A stretch of DNA of 64,000 bases from an uncultured Bdellovibrio sp. (GCA_963932905.1 CAWVRN010000005.1:96001-160000), one strand, 5' to 3'; shown: positions 49,016 through 59,337, numbered from the stretch's first letter. Notes: generated by a model not told the origin, from the sequence alone. Program-made: numbers and translations.

Positions 49016-52000
49016 GTTGTCTTGGGCTAGAGTCATCGTAACAAGCCTTACACTGCTAGCTTTATCAGCGTCGCTTTTGTCCTGTGGATTAAAAATTGGT
49101 GAATCCCCTCCCGCAACACAGATGCCGGGTTATCGCACGGATTCATGTTTTGATACAGCAACAACCAAATTTGGAGAATTCTTCACGGGAACGGCTAAAG
49201 ATGAAGAAGTTAGTGCTTCTTGGGACTGTTTCTCGACGATGATTAAGGATTTTAAGTCTAAAGTTCGTTGTAAAGTCAGAGACAAATGTTCGCCCGGCGA
49301 AATTGCACAGTTCGTAGAAGATAATTTCATGGACGAGAATACCGGCGAAGTGAAGCAAAAAGTCATTTCTGCGGAACTTCAAATACAGTTGATGAAAGTT
49401 AAAAAACTATTTCTGGGTGGAAATACCGAGTTCATCAGCGGGGCAGAATTAGATCGCTTAGTAGATCTGTTAAATAATCTAAAAGGAATTTCTAGAGACA
49501 TTAATCCTTCCATGAAGGTATTAACACTAAACTGGGAAAATAAACTACGTTCTAATGAGGTCAGTCTTTTAGATTTTGAAGCGGTGAATGAGAACCTTGT
49601 TAAAATCGCGCAGCGTTTTGCGGGCCTTGTAGATAAAGACGATAATGTTTATCGTTTTGATGATTTTGAAGGTTTAGTTACGGAAATGGGCCGTTTTGCT
49701 GGTTCGAATTGGTCTTGGGTGGCAACCGTTCAAAACTACTTGCCAGCGATTAAGCAGCTGAAAAAGTCGATCAATGGCGGCGATCAGGAATCGCTAAAAG
49801 ACAATGAATGGAATTTGTTCCTGCTTTTGGGATCGCGCGCATACATTCAATTCCTACGTTACTATTATTTCATCAAAGATCTTGATCCTGAATTTACTAG
49901 TCTTCGTTTAGCCTATACGGCACGTACTATTGAAGAGACTTTCGAAATGTTATACGATTTGCTAAGTTACAAAGAATCCAATCAAGTTACAAAGGCCGAG
50001 ATCGAAGACCTTTTAAAGAGTTTTTCAAATATTTGGCCAGTGCTTAAAACATCGCCTGCATTGATTTCTGAAGCGATGAAAATTAAACAAGTTCTGATCG
50101 GTGGTTCGGAAAAAGGTTTTGAAAAAGACGATTTCTTACGCGCTCAAAAGAAAGTGAATCTAATCAAACAGATCGTTGAGAAGTTTACACCATATTACCA
50201 ATTTTACGGATTGAGCTGGCATCCAGAATTGTTGAAGCAAACAGAAGCGTTTGCTTATTTTGGAAAAGCGACAAAGAGTTTTGACGATATGATCACCAAG
50301 ATCAATGAAGAATTTAAATTTGAAAAAGGCTATGACTTTAAGAGCTTAATGAATTTAATGGCTGAAATCGAAAAGCTATATCCGGGGTTAAGCACAGATA
50401 TGCCGTTAGGTAAACGTGTGGCTCAGTACGCCTGCTTGGCACAGTTGGGTAGTGATGTATTGTTAGACAAACAAAGCAATCAATCTAACAATGCCTGCGA
50501 AATTATTGAACTTTCAAGTAGTGACCTGACTAAGTTGGTAAAAAAAATCGGACAGGCTTTAAATATTTTCTGGGACTACTACTACTTTATTAGTCGAACC
50601 AAAGTTGTTTTCAATGATCTAGAATGGCAGACGAAGTTAAAGGATTTTGGATACAACGTTGTTACCTTCTTGAAGTCGGCAGTTGAAGAACGAAAATCAA
50701 AACGTATTTCAAACTATGAAATTAAGGCGTTCATTAACGAACTTTCAAGTATTGATGTCATTCCTAAATCGATTAAGAAAACGACGATCGAAGCCGCAAT
50801 TCAGCTAGCGATCACGAAGATTTTAGTGCCTGAAGAACTTAAAGGAAAGGTCGCTCGTTTTGATGGTTTTGAGCCTTATCATATCGAACAGTTGTATCGC
50901 GAAATTGATAACTATCTTGGCGTGAATATTTTTATTCACCAAGCGTATGAAAACAGAATTAATCAAAAGTATGACTATAAGTTTTTACTAGGTAAGTTTA
51001 AACAGTCGATCGCCAGTTCAACTAACCCGAATTTCAAACTCGGGATGACAGAGTTTGTGAGTAACTTCGAAACAAATTATCCTATGATTTTAACTGCGGA
51101 CAACCGACTGTTCTTTAATCGTAATGCAAGTCCGATCTATGATAAGCACACATTAGAAGCTTATAATATGCATCGCTTTTTGGCCGGGTTGCTACTGCGA
51201 TCGTATGCGAAGCGTGATCCAAGCACGAAAGTTATTAGCAGTGTTTTATCTGAATGTGAAGTCAAGTCGGTGTTCTTAGAGCTTAAACCGATGTTGGTGG
51301 ATCTGGACGTTATTTCGGACAGTTCAGGTACAGGATTCATCGATGCCCGTTTTATTGAGGCAAACCTGTTCCTGCCTAAATCGGATGGCAATGATACTGT
51401 TAGTTTCGGTGAGTTGGCGGAATTCGTAAGTTATATTTTGTCAGGTTTCACAATTGATGATTTAGCAAAAGCATCGATCGCGAAAGATTGTAAATTGGCG
51501 ACAGTGGGTACCGACGTTCTTGTTGATCTGGCGTGTTTACGTGGTTCATATAAAAAGAATATGCCAGCGGTGCTGAACTCGATGCCTTCGTACGTCACAT
51601 ATAGCCAAAAGGAAAATCCAACTGATTGGGATAATGCATTTTTAAATAACCTGAAAGCCGCGGGTTACAAAGTTAGACAGGATGCCAGAATTTCGCTTTC
51701 AGATGCCTCTTTGCTGCCACATATCTTGCAATATGGTGAAACTATATTTACAAAATTTGACGTCAATGCCGATGGTGTTATCGACAAAAAAGAAGGTATC
51801 CGTGCGTTTCCTTCATTTGCATTCCTTTTGAAAAAAGTAGCGCGTAAACAATTGGAAGCGGGCGACATTAAAGAGAGCGAACTTGAAGCTATGTTCACAT
51901 ACATCCTTAAGTATGGGAAAATACCAGAGTGTAACAAGCCTTTCATCCTGCTTTGCCTATTTGATCGCAGTGTAACGAACTGGTTAGACTGGAAATCAAA

Positions 52001-52121
52001 CTACCGCAAAGACGATTATACGCTGGCGGCTAATCGGTCTCAGATTTCCAAAATTTTAGGTATCATTTCAGATATGGTTACGACCAGTCCTTCAGTCCAA
52101 GAAGACACCTGCAAGCCATGA
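49005..52121 (+). CDS. Giant helical lipoprotein with EF-hand-like motifs and internal repeats
   Basis: Lipobox LLSC; DVNADGVIDKKE canonical EF loop; ATG 49005 overlaps the upstream stop. Confidence 0.8.
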   Translation: MFSRLSWARVIVTSLTLLALSASLLSCGLKIGESPPATQMPGYRTDSCFDTATTKFGEFFTGTAKDEEVSASWDCFSTMIKDFKSKVRCKVRDKCSPGEIAQFVEDNFMDENTGEVKQKVISAELQIQLMKVKKLFLGGNTEFISGAELDRLVDLLNNLKGISRDINPSMKVLTLNWENKLRSNEVSLLDFEAVNENLVKIAQRFAGLVDKDDNVYRFDDFEGLVTEMGRFAGSNWSWVATVQNYLPAIKQLKKSINGGDQESLKDNEWNLFLLLGSRAYIQFLRYYYFIKDLDPEFTSLRLAYTARTIEETFEMLYDLLSYKESNQVTKAEIEDLLKSFSNIWPVLKTSPALISEAMKIKQVLIGGSEKGFEKDDFLRAQKKVNLIKQIVEKFTPYYQFYGLSWHPELLKQTEAFAYFGKATKSFDDMITKINEEFKFEKGYDFKSLMNLMAEIEKLYPGLSTDMPLGKRVAQYACLAQLGSDVLLDKQSNQSNNACEIIELSSSDLTKLVKKIGQALNIFWDYYYFISRTKVVFNDLEWQTKLKDFGYNVVTFLKSAVEERKSKRISNYEIKAFINELSSIDVIPKSIKKTTIEAAIQLAITKILVPEELKGKVARFDGFEPYHIEQLYREIDNYLGVNIFIHQAYENRINQKYDYKFLLGKFKQSIASSTNPNFKLGMTEFVSNFETNYPMILTADNRLFFNRNASPIYDKHTLEAYNMHRFLAGLLLRSYAKRDPSTKVISSVLSECEVKSVFLELKPMLVDLDVISDSSGTGFIDARFIEANLFLPKSDGNDTVSFGELAEFVSYILSGFTIDDLAKASIAKDCKLATVGTDVLVDLACLRGSYKKNMPAVLNSMPSYVTYSQKENPTDWDNAFLNNLKAAGYKVRQDARISLSDASLLPHILQYGETIFTKFDVNADGVIDKKEGIRAFPSFAFLLKKVARKQLEAGDIKESELEAMFTYILKYGKIPECNKPFILLCLFDRSVTNWLDWKSNYRKDDYTLAANRSQISKILGIISDMVTTSPSVQEDTCKP

Positions 52122-52126
52122 TTATC

Positions 52127-52153
52127 TAAGGTCCTACTAAGGCCTTCCGATAA
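52127..52153 (+). promoter_or_regulatory. Putative sigma28 (FliA)-type promoter of the O-acetylation operon
   Basis: TAAGGTCC-N11-TCCGATAA followed by AGGAG RBS and GTG 52171. Confidence 0.6.
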
Positions 52154-52170
52154 AGCTTGTAGGAGATTTT

Positions 52171-53586
52171 GTGTTATTTCCTACGTTAGAATTTGCGATA
52201 TTTTTTACAGTAGTTTTCTACTTCAGTTGGGAATTGGTATTTAACAATTCTTATCGCAAGCTATTCTTATTGTTAGCCTCTTATTTTTTCTATGCGACTT
52301 TAGATTTTAGATTTCTTCCGATTTTGATTCTAAGCCCGACACTTAATTTTCTTTTTGGTTTGTGGATTGGTGTTGAAGAACAGCCTAAAATTAAAAAGTA
52401 CATCCTGGCATTTACGGTCGCATTAAATTTATTGCTGCTGGGCGTATTTAAGTATTACGACTTCTTTGCAGGGACGGTAGTTGAGGTCATGACTAGGATT
52501 GGAATCACGGCCACTTGGCAAGACGATGTATTTATGAATTTTGTTCTACCATTAGGTATTTCATTTTTTACATTTCAAGGAATTTCGTACTTGGTGGATA
52601 TTTACAAAAAGGAACTTACTTATAAGAACTCATTGTTAGATGTATTGCTGTACATTTCTTTTTTTCCGCACCTGGTGGCTGGGCCAATTGTTAAAGCCAG
52701 TGAGTTTATTCCTCAGTTAAAACAACCGCCAAAAACTACAGAAATTCCGTTTCTTTTTTCTATTACATTGATCGTTCTCGGTTTGTTTAAAAAGACGGTG
52801 ATTGCTAACTATTTGGGTGTCGATATCGTTGACCCGGTTTTTGAAAATCCAAAAGCATATAGTTCCGTAGATATGTTATTTGCGGTCTATTGTTATGCGG
52901 TTCAAATCTTTTGTGATTTTAGTGCGTATACCGATATGGCCATAGGTTTGGCGTACTTACTGGGATATCAATTTCCACTGAATTTCAATCAGCCGTATCG
53001 TGCGACAAGCTTAAAAGACTTTTGGAATCGTTGGCATATTTCCTTAAGCCGATGGCTAAAAGAATATCTATATATTCCTATGGGGGGCAATCGCGTTTCA
53101 GAAAAACGCACCTATCAAAACTTGCTCATCACCATGGGACTGGGGGGCTTGTGGCATGGGGCTTCGTGGAACTTTATTACGTGGGGTTTGCTTCACGGGA
53201 TTGGATTAGCTTTTGAAAAACGATTTCAATGGGATTTGCAGGCGGAATCGTTGGGCAAAAAAATCATTCGCGGATTTTTGGTGTTTAACTTTGTTTGTTT
53301 TGCGTGGATATTTTTCCGGGCGGAATCGTTTAATAAAAGTTATGAAGTTTTGATTCAGCTGTTTGATTTCTCGAAGCCGGTAACGAAATTGACTCCAGTG
53401 TATCTAGTTTTGTTTTTTATTGGAATGAGTTTTCATTTTGTCAAGCCACTGCGAAGCTGGAATATTTCAGATCGACTATTGCAATTGCCAGCATTGGCGT
53501 ACGCCGTGATTTTTGCCGTGATGGTGACGTTAATAACCGCGCTTATGCCGGAAGGTATAGCGCCATTTATTTATTTTAGATTTTAG
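52171..53586 (+). CDS. MBOAT O-acetyltransferase (AlgI/PatA family)
   Basis: LPLGISFFTFQ, FFPHLVAGPI, DFSAYTDMA, FWNRWHISLS, GLWHGA, FIYFRF. Confidence 0.95.
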   Translation: MLFPTLEFAIFFTVVFYFSWELVFNNSYRKLFLLLASYFFYATLDFRFLPILILSPTLNFLFGLWIGVEEQPKIKKYILAFTVALNLLLLGVFKYYDFFAGTVVEVMTRIGITATWQDDVFMNFVLPLGISFFTFQGISYLVDIYKKELTYKNSLLDVLLYISFFPHLVAGPIVKASEFIPQLKQPPKTTEIPFLFSITLIVLGLFKKTVIANYLGVDIVDPVFENPKAYSSVDMLFAVYCYAVQIFCDFSAYTDMAIGLAYLLGYQFPLNFNQPYRATSLKDFWNRWHISLSRWLKEYLYIPMGGNRVSEKRTYQNLLITMGLGGLWHGASWNFITWGLLHGIGLAFEKRFQWDLQAESLGKKIIRGFLVFNFVCFAWIFFRAESFNKSYEVLIQLFDFSKPVTKLTPVYLVLFFIGMSFHFVKPLRSWNISDRLLQLPALAYAVIFAVMVTLITALMPEGIAPFIYFRF

Positions 53587-53600
53587 GACGAACAGATAGA

Positions 53601-54692
53601 ATGAGTTTAGAGAAAAGTTATAAAAGCATTTCGGAGTCCTCGAAGATAATCAAGATGACCTTGGTTATTACTCTGCTTTTGAACTTGTCGACAATTCACG
53701 AATGGTTGCAACAGAAAGAGGCCAGTCCAATGACATCGTCGTTTCTAAAGTTAACGGAGGCCTTAAAAGAGATCGGTGGTCAGTTTTATTTGACGGCCTT
53801 ACGCGAAGGTGTGCGGTCTCGGTTTATCCGTTATACCACGGGAGTTGCTCAGATTCCATTGCTGGAACAAAAACAGAATCCGTTGATCCCAGATATAGGT
53901 GACCGCCAGGTGGCCGCAGTTGGGCCCCGCAGTGAAGATCCTATCGTTGAAAAAATAGATTTAACGGAATTAGGTTTGTTAGATGAATTGATAAGTACGC
54001 CGACGGCTGAATCTGCGTCCATCAAGCAAAAAGTGGAAGATCCGCCATCACCGAAGGCTCCGGGGACTCAGAAAAGTATTCTGATCATTGGTGATTCAAT
54101 TTTGAAATCGGGCTTACAAGAACATTTCGAGCGTAATCTGGTTCAACGTAATGAGAACACAACGATGGAAATCAAATCTAAATCTGGCACGGGTCTGTCT
54201 AGACCCGATGTGTTTGATTGGGTCAATTACGTGGACAAACAAAAAGACAAGTATGAGAAAATGTTGATATTCCTTGGTACTAACGATGCTCAAAGTTTAT
54301 TGATCAATAAGAAAGCTATTCCATTTGATTCTAAAGAATGGAAAGACGAATACAGCCTACGAGTGAGAACGTTACTACAGAAAGCGTGCAGTAAATCGAA
54401 ACAAGTCTATTGGGTCAGTTCCCTTAGAATGCGTTCTGATTCATTCGATGCCAAAATGCGATCGTTGCATGAGGTCGTTCGCAAAGAAATCAAAACTCAG
54501 TCGTCTTGTGCGCAGTATATTTCTGCCTTTCAATGGTTCACTAAGAAATCAAAATACACAGACACTTGGACGACGGAATCTAAAAAGAACGGTAAAAAGA
54601 CCATCAAACTTAGAGTCGCCGACGGAATTCATCTGACTTATTGGGGCGCTGATTTATTTTCACAGAAAATAATCGAGTCCATTTATGAGTAA
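53601..54692 (+). CDS. SGNH/GDSL protein, DUF459-like (PatB/AlgJ-like partner)
   Basis: IGDS, SGTGL.RPD.FDW, GTND, DGIH; N-terminal membrane anchor. Confidence 0.85.
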   Translation: MSLEKSYKSISESSKIIKMTLVITLLLNLSTIHEWLQQKEASPMTSSFLKLTEALKEIGGQFYLTALREGVRSRFIRYTTGVAQIPLLEQKQNPLIPDIGDRQVAAVGPRSEDPIVEKIDLTELGLLDELISTPTAESASIKQKVEDPPSPKAPGTQKSILIIGDSILKSGLQEHFERNLVQRNENTTMEIKSKSGTGLSRPDVFDWVNYVDKQKDKYEKMLIFLGTNDAQSLLINKKAIPFDSKEWKDEYSLRVRTLLQKACSKSKQVYWVSSLRMRSDSFDAKMRSLHEVVRKEIKTQSSCAQYISAFQWFTKKSKYTDTWTTESKKNGKKTIKLRVADGIHLTYWGADLFSQKIIESIYE

Positions 54693-55284
54693 ATTAAAAG
54701 TAAACTTCATCGGCGATTCACATACGGCACTGACTTTCGGACAAACTATAATTGAACGCATTTCAAATGATGTCGATTTGCATTTGATTGCGTTTAGTGG
54801 TTTGCGGTTGCAGTTCTTAACAGAATGGATGAATCAGAAAAGTGAATTGAAGATTCTAAATTGTGAATTCAAATTTCGAGCTCCGGCAGGGTTTAGTAAA
54901 AATCCCGAAGATGTGGGGCTGGATTTTGACATGAACGATGCGGATGTTTTGGTCGTGGCACTGGGAACAAATGATATCGTAAAATGTGTCGGTGCCAAAG
55001 CGACGTTTAAATCTTTTTTAGAAAAGCCTATTCAGGCACAACTAGAAAAGATAACGGTAGAGAATGTAATTTTCATCGAGCCGCCGTTATTAAGTATCGA
55101 TAAGGATGCTAAGATTCGTGCCCCGTTAATGGAGTTGATAGAAAGTTTTGATTTTAAGGTGATTTCGTGCGGAAATTTCAAAGCAGATCAAAGTGATGGT
55201 ATTCACATGAAAAAAGAAATGGCTCAGTATTTTGGGGATTCGGTAGCTAAAGACCTATTAAAACTGATTCTTCCACATCATTGA
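54685..55284 (+). CDS. SGNH/GDSL hydrolase without signal peptide
   Basis: IGDSH, LGTND, DGIH. Confidence 0.8.
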   Translation: MSKLKVNFIGDSHTALTFGQTIIERISNDVDLHLIAFSGLRLQFLTEWMNQKSELKILNCEFKFRAPAGFSKNPEDVGLDFDMNDADVLVVALGTNDIVKCVGAKATFKSFLEKPIQAQLEKITVENVIFIEPPLLSIDKDAKIRAPLMELIESFDFKVISCGNFKADQSDGIHMKKEMAQYFGDSVAKDLLKLILPHH

Positions 55285-55794
55285 TTCGACGGGAATAGCT
55301 TTTACTTCATTATATTTAGCTGATTTTTTGGTGTTGTATGGAGTTAATAACTCGCCATCAATTTCAAAATAGATGACTTGTCCAACCGGCATACCAGCAT
55401 AGATACGAACTGGTTTTTTCACAGAAATTTCAAGTGTCCAATGATTGCAGAAACCAACATCGCCTTTACCAGCGGTAGCGTGGATATCTATACCCAATCG
55501 ACCAACCGACGATTTACCTTCCAAGAAAGGAACGTGTTTGTGAGTTTCTGTGTACTCTTGAGTCACACCTAAATAGAAATTTTCGGGAGTCAGTACATAG
55601 CCTTCTGGTGGGATTTCGAAGGTTTCGATTTCGTTATGCTTTTTTGCATCCAAAACGGAGTCTTTGTACACCGCTAGAGTTTTACCTAAATGCACATCAT
55701 AACTATTACTGCCTAAACACTCACGACGAAAAGGCTCTACCTTGATAGAACCTTCTGCGATACATTGTAGTATTTTTTGGTCAGTAAGAATCAT
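55258..55794 (-). CDS. dcd: dCTP deaminase
   Basis: NSYDVHL, LEGKSSVGRLG, TLEI, GQVIY. Confidence 0.93.
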   Translation of the reverse strand: MILTDQKILQCIAEGSIKVEPFRRECLGSNSYDVHLGKTLAVYKDSVLDAKKHNEIETFEIPPEGYVLTPENFYLGVTQEYTETHKHVPFLEGKSSVGRLGIDIHATAGKGDVGFCNHWTLEISVKKPVRIYAGMPVGQVIYFEIDGELLTPYNTKKSAKYNEVKAIPVESMMWKNQF

Positions 55795-55798
55795 TAAA

Positions 55799-55978
55799 TT
55801 ACTTAGTTTCTCTGTGAACAGTGTGTTTTTGTAGATTAGGGTTGTACTTTTTTAATTCCATACGTCCCGGAGTCTTTTGTTTGTTCTTAGTTGTAGTGTA
55901 ACGAGATACTGGTTTACCAAGAGCGCGAGCTTCTGTGCATTCCAAAGTTACGATAATACGTCCTGATTTCTTAGCCAT
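55799..55978 (-). CDS. rpmG: 50S ribosomal protein L33 (absent from the ORF track)
   Basis: Hand translation: [66 protein letters not shown]. Confidence 0.95.
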   Translation of the reverse strand: MAKKSGRIIVTLECTEARALGKPVSRYTTTKNKQKTPGRMELKKYNPNLQKHTVHRETK

Positions 55979-56121
55979 AAAAACCTCTTTAATTCAAAAA
56001 TACAGCCTTTAGCTAGTAACAAATGAACCCAGGTTTAGCAACACGAAATGTAAATTTGTTTTTAATTTCCCAGCTTTAATTCTTTTGAGTAAAGTGACAA
56101 GGGACAAACTCAGGGGGCCTT

Positions 56122-56976
56122 ATGAATCTTTTAAGCACATTAATCCTTTCTGTTCTATGGATTTTTCAATCCTCGGCGACCCCCTTAGGTTATTTTTCAG
56201 GCAGTCAGCTTCAACCAGAATCGATCGCAACTTTGGTCTCTCGGGTAAAACCAGGCAGCGTCGTCATTATTGGTGAAAAACATGATGATCCCAGGGCGCA
56301 AGCGGGCCAGTTAGAGGTCATGAAGGCACTTCGGGCGGCAGGTTTGACGGTTTCTGTCGGTATGGAATTTATTTCATACCCGGTTCAAGCGGCTTTAAAT
56401 GGTTACCGAGCAGGCGCTTTATCTGAAGCCGACTTTTTAAAACAGGTTTCTTGGGGGAGTGATCCGTTTGAGATTTACCGCGACCAAATACTTTTTCCCC
56501 TTGCCAGCGAAGGAGGGGTTACACTGGGAATAAATGCTCCGCGTTACTTGACGACTAAGATTCGTCAAAAGGGTTTCGACAGTTTGACTGCGGAAGAGAG
56601 GGCCCTGCTGCCACCTAACTATCAAGGTGGCAATGCGGGTTATCGTGAACGTTTTGTCGTGGCAGCGGGTGGACATTTAACCCCGCAAACAGTTGATGGC
56701 TATTTCAATGCCCAAAGTGTTTGGGACGACACCATGGCTTGGCAAACGGCGCAGTTTTTAGCAAAGAATCCAAATCATGTGTTTGTGATAGTAGTGGGCG
56801 AGTTTCATGTGCAGTATGGCGGCGGATTACCAGATCGTCTGAAAGCACGTGGGGTGTCTTCGGTACTAACCTTAAGTCAAGTTGACCATAGTGTTTATTC
56901 TGATGAAGAATTAGAGAAAGAGTTAATTCCACATCCCAAGTATGGCCCTCGCGCCGATTTTATTTGGGTATTTTAG
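56122..56976 (+). CDS. ChaN-like (DUF399) exported protein
   Basis: IIGEKHD, VGMEF, GINAPR, AQSVWDDTMA, GEFHV. Confidence 0.85.
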   Translation: MNLLSTLILSVLWIFQSSATPLGYFSGSQLQPESIATLVSRVKPGSVVIIGEKHDDPRAQAGQLEVMKALRAAGLTVSVGMEFISYPVQAALNGYRAGALSEADFLKQVSWGSDPFEIYRDQILFPLASEGGVTLGINAPRYLTTKIRQKGFDSLTAEERALLPPNYQGGNAGYRERFVVAAGGHLTPQTVDGYFNAQSVWDDTMAWQTAQFLAKNPNHVFVIVVGEFHVQYGGGLPDRLKARGVSSVLTLSQVDHSVYSDEELEKELIPHPKYGPRADFIWVF

Positions 56977-56985
56977 AGGAGCTGT

Positions 56986-57393
56986 ATGTTTCCCACGAAC
57001 ACGCGTGTATTGATTGTTGATGACATGGCATCTATTCGCGATCTTGTTCGTAATCAATTGAAGGTGATGGGTTTCACTGAGATTGTTGAAGCGGAAGACG
57101 GCGTACTGGCATGGACGGCACTTGAAAATCAGTATGCTCAAGCCAATCCTATCGAGTTAGTTATCTCGGATTGGAATATGCCGAACATGAAAGGGTTGGA
57201 TCTTTTAAAGAAAGTTCGCTCTAGCCAAGTGTTTGTTCAATTGCCATTTATTTTATTAACGTCAGAAGCGGAACGTGAGCAAGTTACGGAAGCCGTCATG
57301 GCGGGTGTATCCCAGTATATAGTTAAACCGTTTTCAGGAAAAGTATTTGAAGAAAAATTGAAAACGGCCTATCAGAAACATTTCAAGAAATAG
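56986..57393 (+). CDS. CheY-like single-domain response regulator
   Basis: LIVDD, ISDWNMP, LLTS, YIVKPF. Confidence 0.93.
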   Translation: MFPTNTRVLIVDDMASIRDLVRNQLKVMGFTEIVEAEDGVLAWTALENQYAQANPIELVISDWNMPNMKGLDLLKKVRSSQVFVQLPFILLTSEAEREQVTEAVMAGVSQYIVKPFSGKVFEEKLKTAYQKHFKK

Positions 57394-57414
57394 CATTTTG
57401 AAAATATAGACGGC

Positions 57415-59337
57415 CTAAGCGGCTTTTTTTGTACCGATAGTTTTTGTGTCAGGGAACGGTAGCTGGAAAATAAATTCAGTGTATTTGCTGACTTCGGTAT
57501 TTATTTGAATCGTACCACCTAGTTGATCCACTTCGTATTTCACGGCATCTAAGCCAACGCCGCGACCACTTGTTTCGGTAACATTGTCGCGAGTTGTGAA
57601 CGAAGGATTAAAGATGTAGAGAATGACTTCGCTGTCAGATAGATGCGAGTGCGGAATTTTTTTCTGAATTAATTTGGCGCGAATGCGACTGGCATTTACA
57701 CCTTGGCCATCATCACGATATTTAATTTGCAGAATTTTTTGATTTTTTTCAATGATCGAAAATTCGATCGATAGTAATCCCTTTTTGTCTTTCCCAAAAT
57801 TCGTGCGAATATTGGGTGCTTCAATTCCATGATCGACGGAATTGCGAATAACGTGAATGAAACTATTAAAGAAACTGTCGAATACTTTGTGCGGGATAAG
57901 AGTGTTTTCGTTTTTTACAACAAGTGGGTATATCGATTTTTCTAAGAGTTGCGCAGTTTTTTCAATTACGATAGGGAACTGACTGACTAGGTTTTTTACC
58001 GGCTGGAAATACACCTTTTCTTCCAAAAATCTTTTGATGTCTTCGATTTTTTGAAAACTAAGCAGGCTCTGAATTTCAAGTTGATTGAAAACTACATTTT
58101 CATCATCGTGAGTGTTCAATTCGCCAAAGACTTCTTTGTAGAATGAAGTGATGTTTTTTGATTCAGATTCAATTTTTTGTTTCAATTGCAGAATCGATTC
58201 GTCGAGACTAGTTGCGGCTTCTGACGGCTGCATTTTTTCTTCAAGTTCGTGCGTTACTTCTTTTAGAGTATTGTAAGAAAAAGTGGCGGCACCGCCTTTG
58301 ATGGTGTGTAGCACACGCAAAATGGAATCGCGGTTGTGAGCGGGATTAGTTTTTAGAAGGGCGAACTCAGAATTCAATGTTTGAAGCTGGTTTTTTGTTT
58401 CTAGTAAAAACATGCGAAGTTCTTTTTTATTTTGGATCATTTTCAAAATAGATTGAACTTTTTCTCTGTCGTGTTCCGCTTGTTTTTGAGCGGCCACTAA
58501 ATCGGTAACATCAGAACCAACGCAAACGACTTTTTCGATTTTACCGTCTTCGCTGCGAATAGGGTAGTAGTCTAGCGAGATTGTTTTCAAATCATGGGGG
58601 ATTTTATCTGGCCCTAAGGGTTTAAGATCGTCAAATGGTAACATTTCGCTGAATACAGTGAAAAGCCAGTTTCTAAATCCGTCTACTTTAGTCGGCTTAA
58701 TTTTTAAGACATCCCAAATATTTTGTCCGCTGGGTGCAGAACCTAAAATTTCTATGCAAGCGTTTGAATACAGAGGGGCGCACAGCCCGTTAATATCGAA
58801 AACAAAAAACGCCTGATTTAAACTATCTAGCAGAGCCTTCATAAGAACATTCAAATCTTGGATTTGTGCGGTTCTTTGGCGTACGATAGATTCCAAATCT
58901 TTTGAATACAATTCTAACTGATTACGAGCCGCTTTCAGTTCTTCGATATAAGATTCTTTCTGTTCAAGTTCAGTGCGATATTTTTTTTGTAGCCGTTCCT
59001 CTAGGGTCACGTCACGGAAGAAAACGATGTATTCATTTACTTCTGGAGTCGGTGAGTAGGGCTGAATTGTGATCTGTGCTTTGCCGTTTTCATAAGTGTC
59101 AGTGCTAAATTTCAATTCTTTGTATGGTGTCGCAGTTTCAATTATTGAAAGTTGAGTTAGGTATTCAAAAGGCTCTTCAAAACGAATCGCTTGGGATAAG
59201 GTTGTTTTGTTGCGAACCAGCTTGCGTGGATTTGTGCCGCAGATAGTAGCGCCAGTTTCATTGCAATAAACAATTTGGCCCTCGGGATTTAGGACAAATA
59301 CCGGTTCCAACAAAGAGTCAAAAAGCGAGTAGCTCAC
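57415..59337 (-). CDS. CheA-like histidine kinase (PAS, coiled coil, PAS, Hpt, HATPase; no CheW domain)
   Basis: LHTIKGGA (Hpt), IRNSVDHGIE, DDGQG, SGRGVGLD. Confidence 0.9.
   Translation of the reverse strand: MSYSLFDSLLEPVFVLNPEGQIVYCNETGATICGTNPRKLVRNKTTLSQAIRFEEPFEYLTQLSIIETATPYKELKFSTDTYENGKAQITIQPYSPTPEVNEYIVFFRDVTLEERLQKKYRTELEQKESYIEELKAARNQLELYSKDLESIVRQRTAQIQDLNVLMKALLDSLNQAFFVFDINGLCAPLYSNACIEILGSAPSGQNIWDVLKIKPTKVDGFRNWLFTVFSEMLPFDDLKPLGPDKIPHDLKTISLDYYPIRSEDGKIEKVVCVGSDVTDLVAAQKQAEHDREKVQSILKMIQNKKELRMFLLETKNQLQTLNSEFALLKTNPAHNRDSILRVLHTIKGGAATFSYNTLKEVTHELEEKMQPSEAATSLDESILQLKQKIESESKNITSFYKEVFGELNTHDDENVVFNQLEIQSLLSFQKIEDIKRFLEEKVYFQPVKNLVSQFPIVIEKTAQLLEKSIYPLVVKNENTLIPHKVFDSFFNSFIHVIRNSVDHGIEAPNIRTNFGKDKKGLLSIEFSIIEKNQKILQIKYRDDGQGVNASRIRAKLIQKKIPHSHLSDSEVILYIFNPSFTTRDNVTETSGRGVGLDAVKYEVDQLGGTIQINTEVSKYTEFIFQLPFPDTKTIGTKKAA

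Noticed and set aside
56045..56070. Possible Zur/Fur box between rpmG and the ChaN-like gene (GAAATG...AATTTC)
   Set aside because: Only the ends are palindromic; length and core do not fit the consensus
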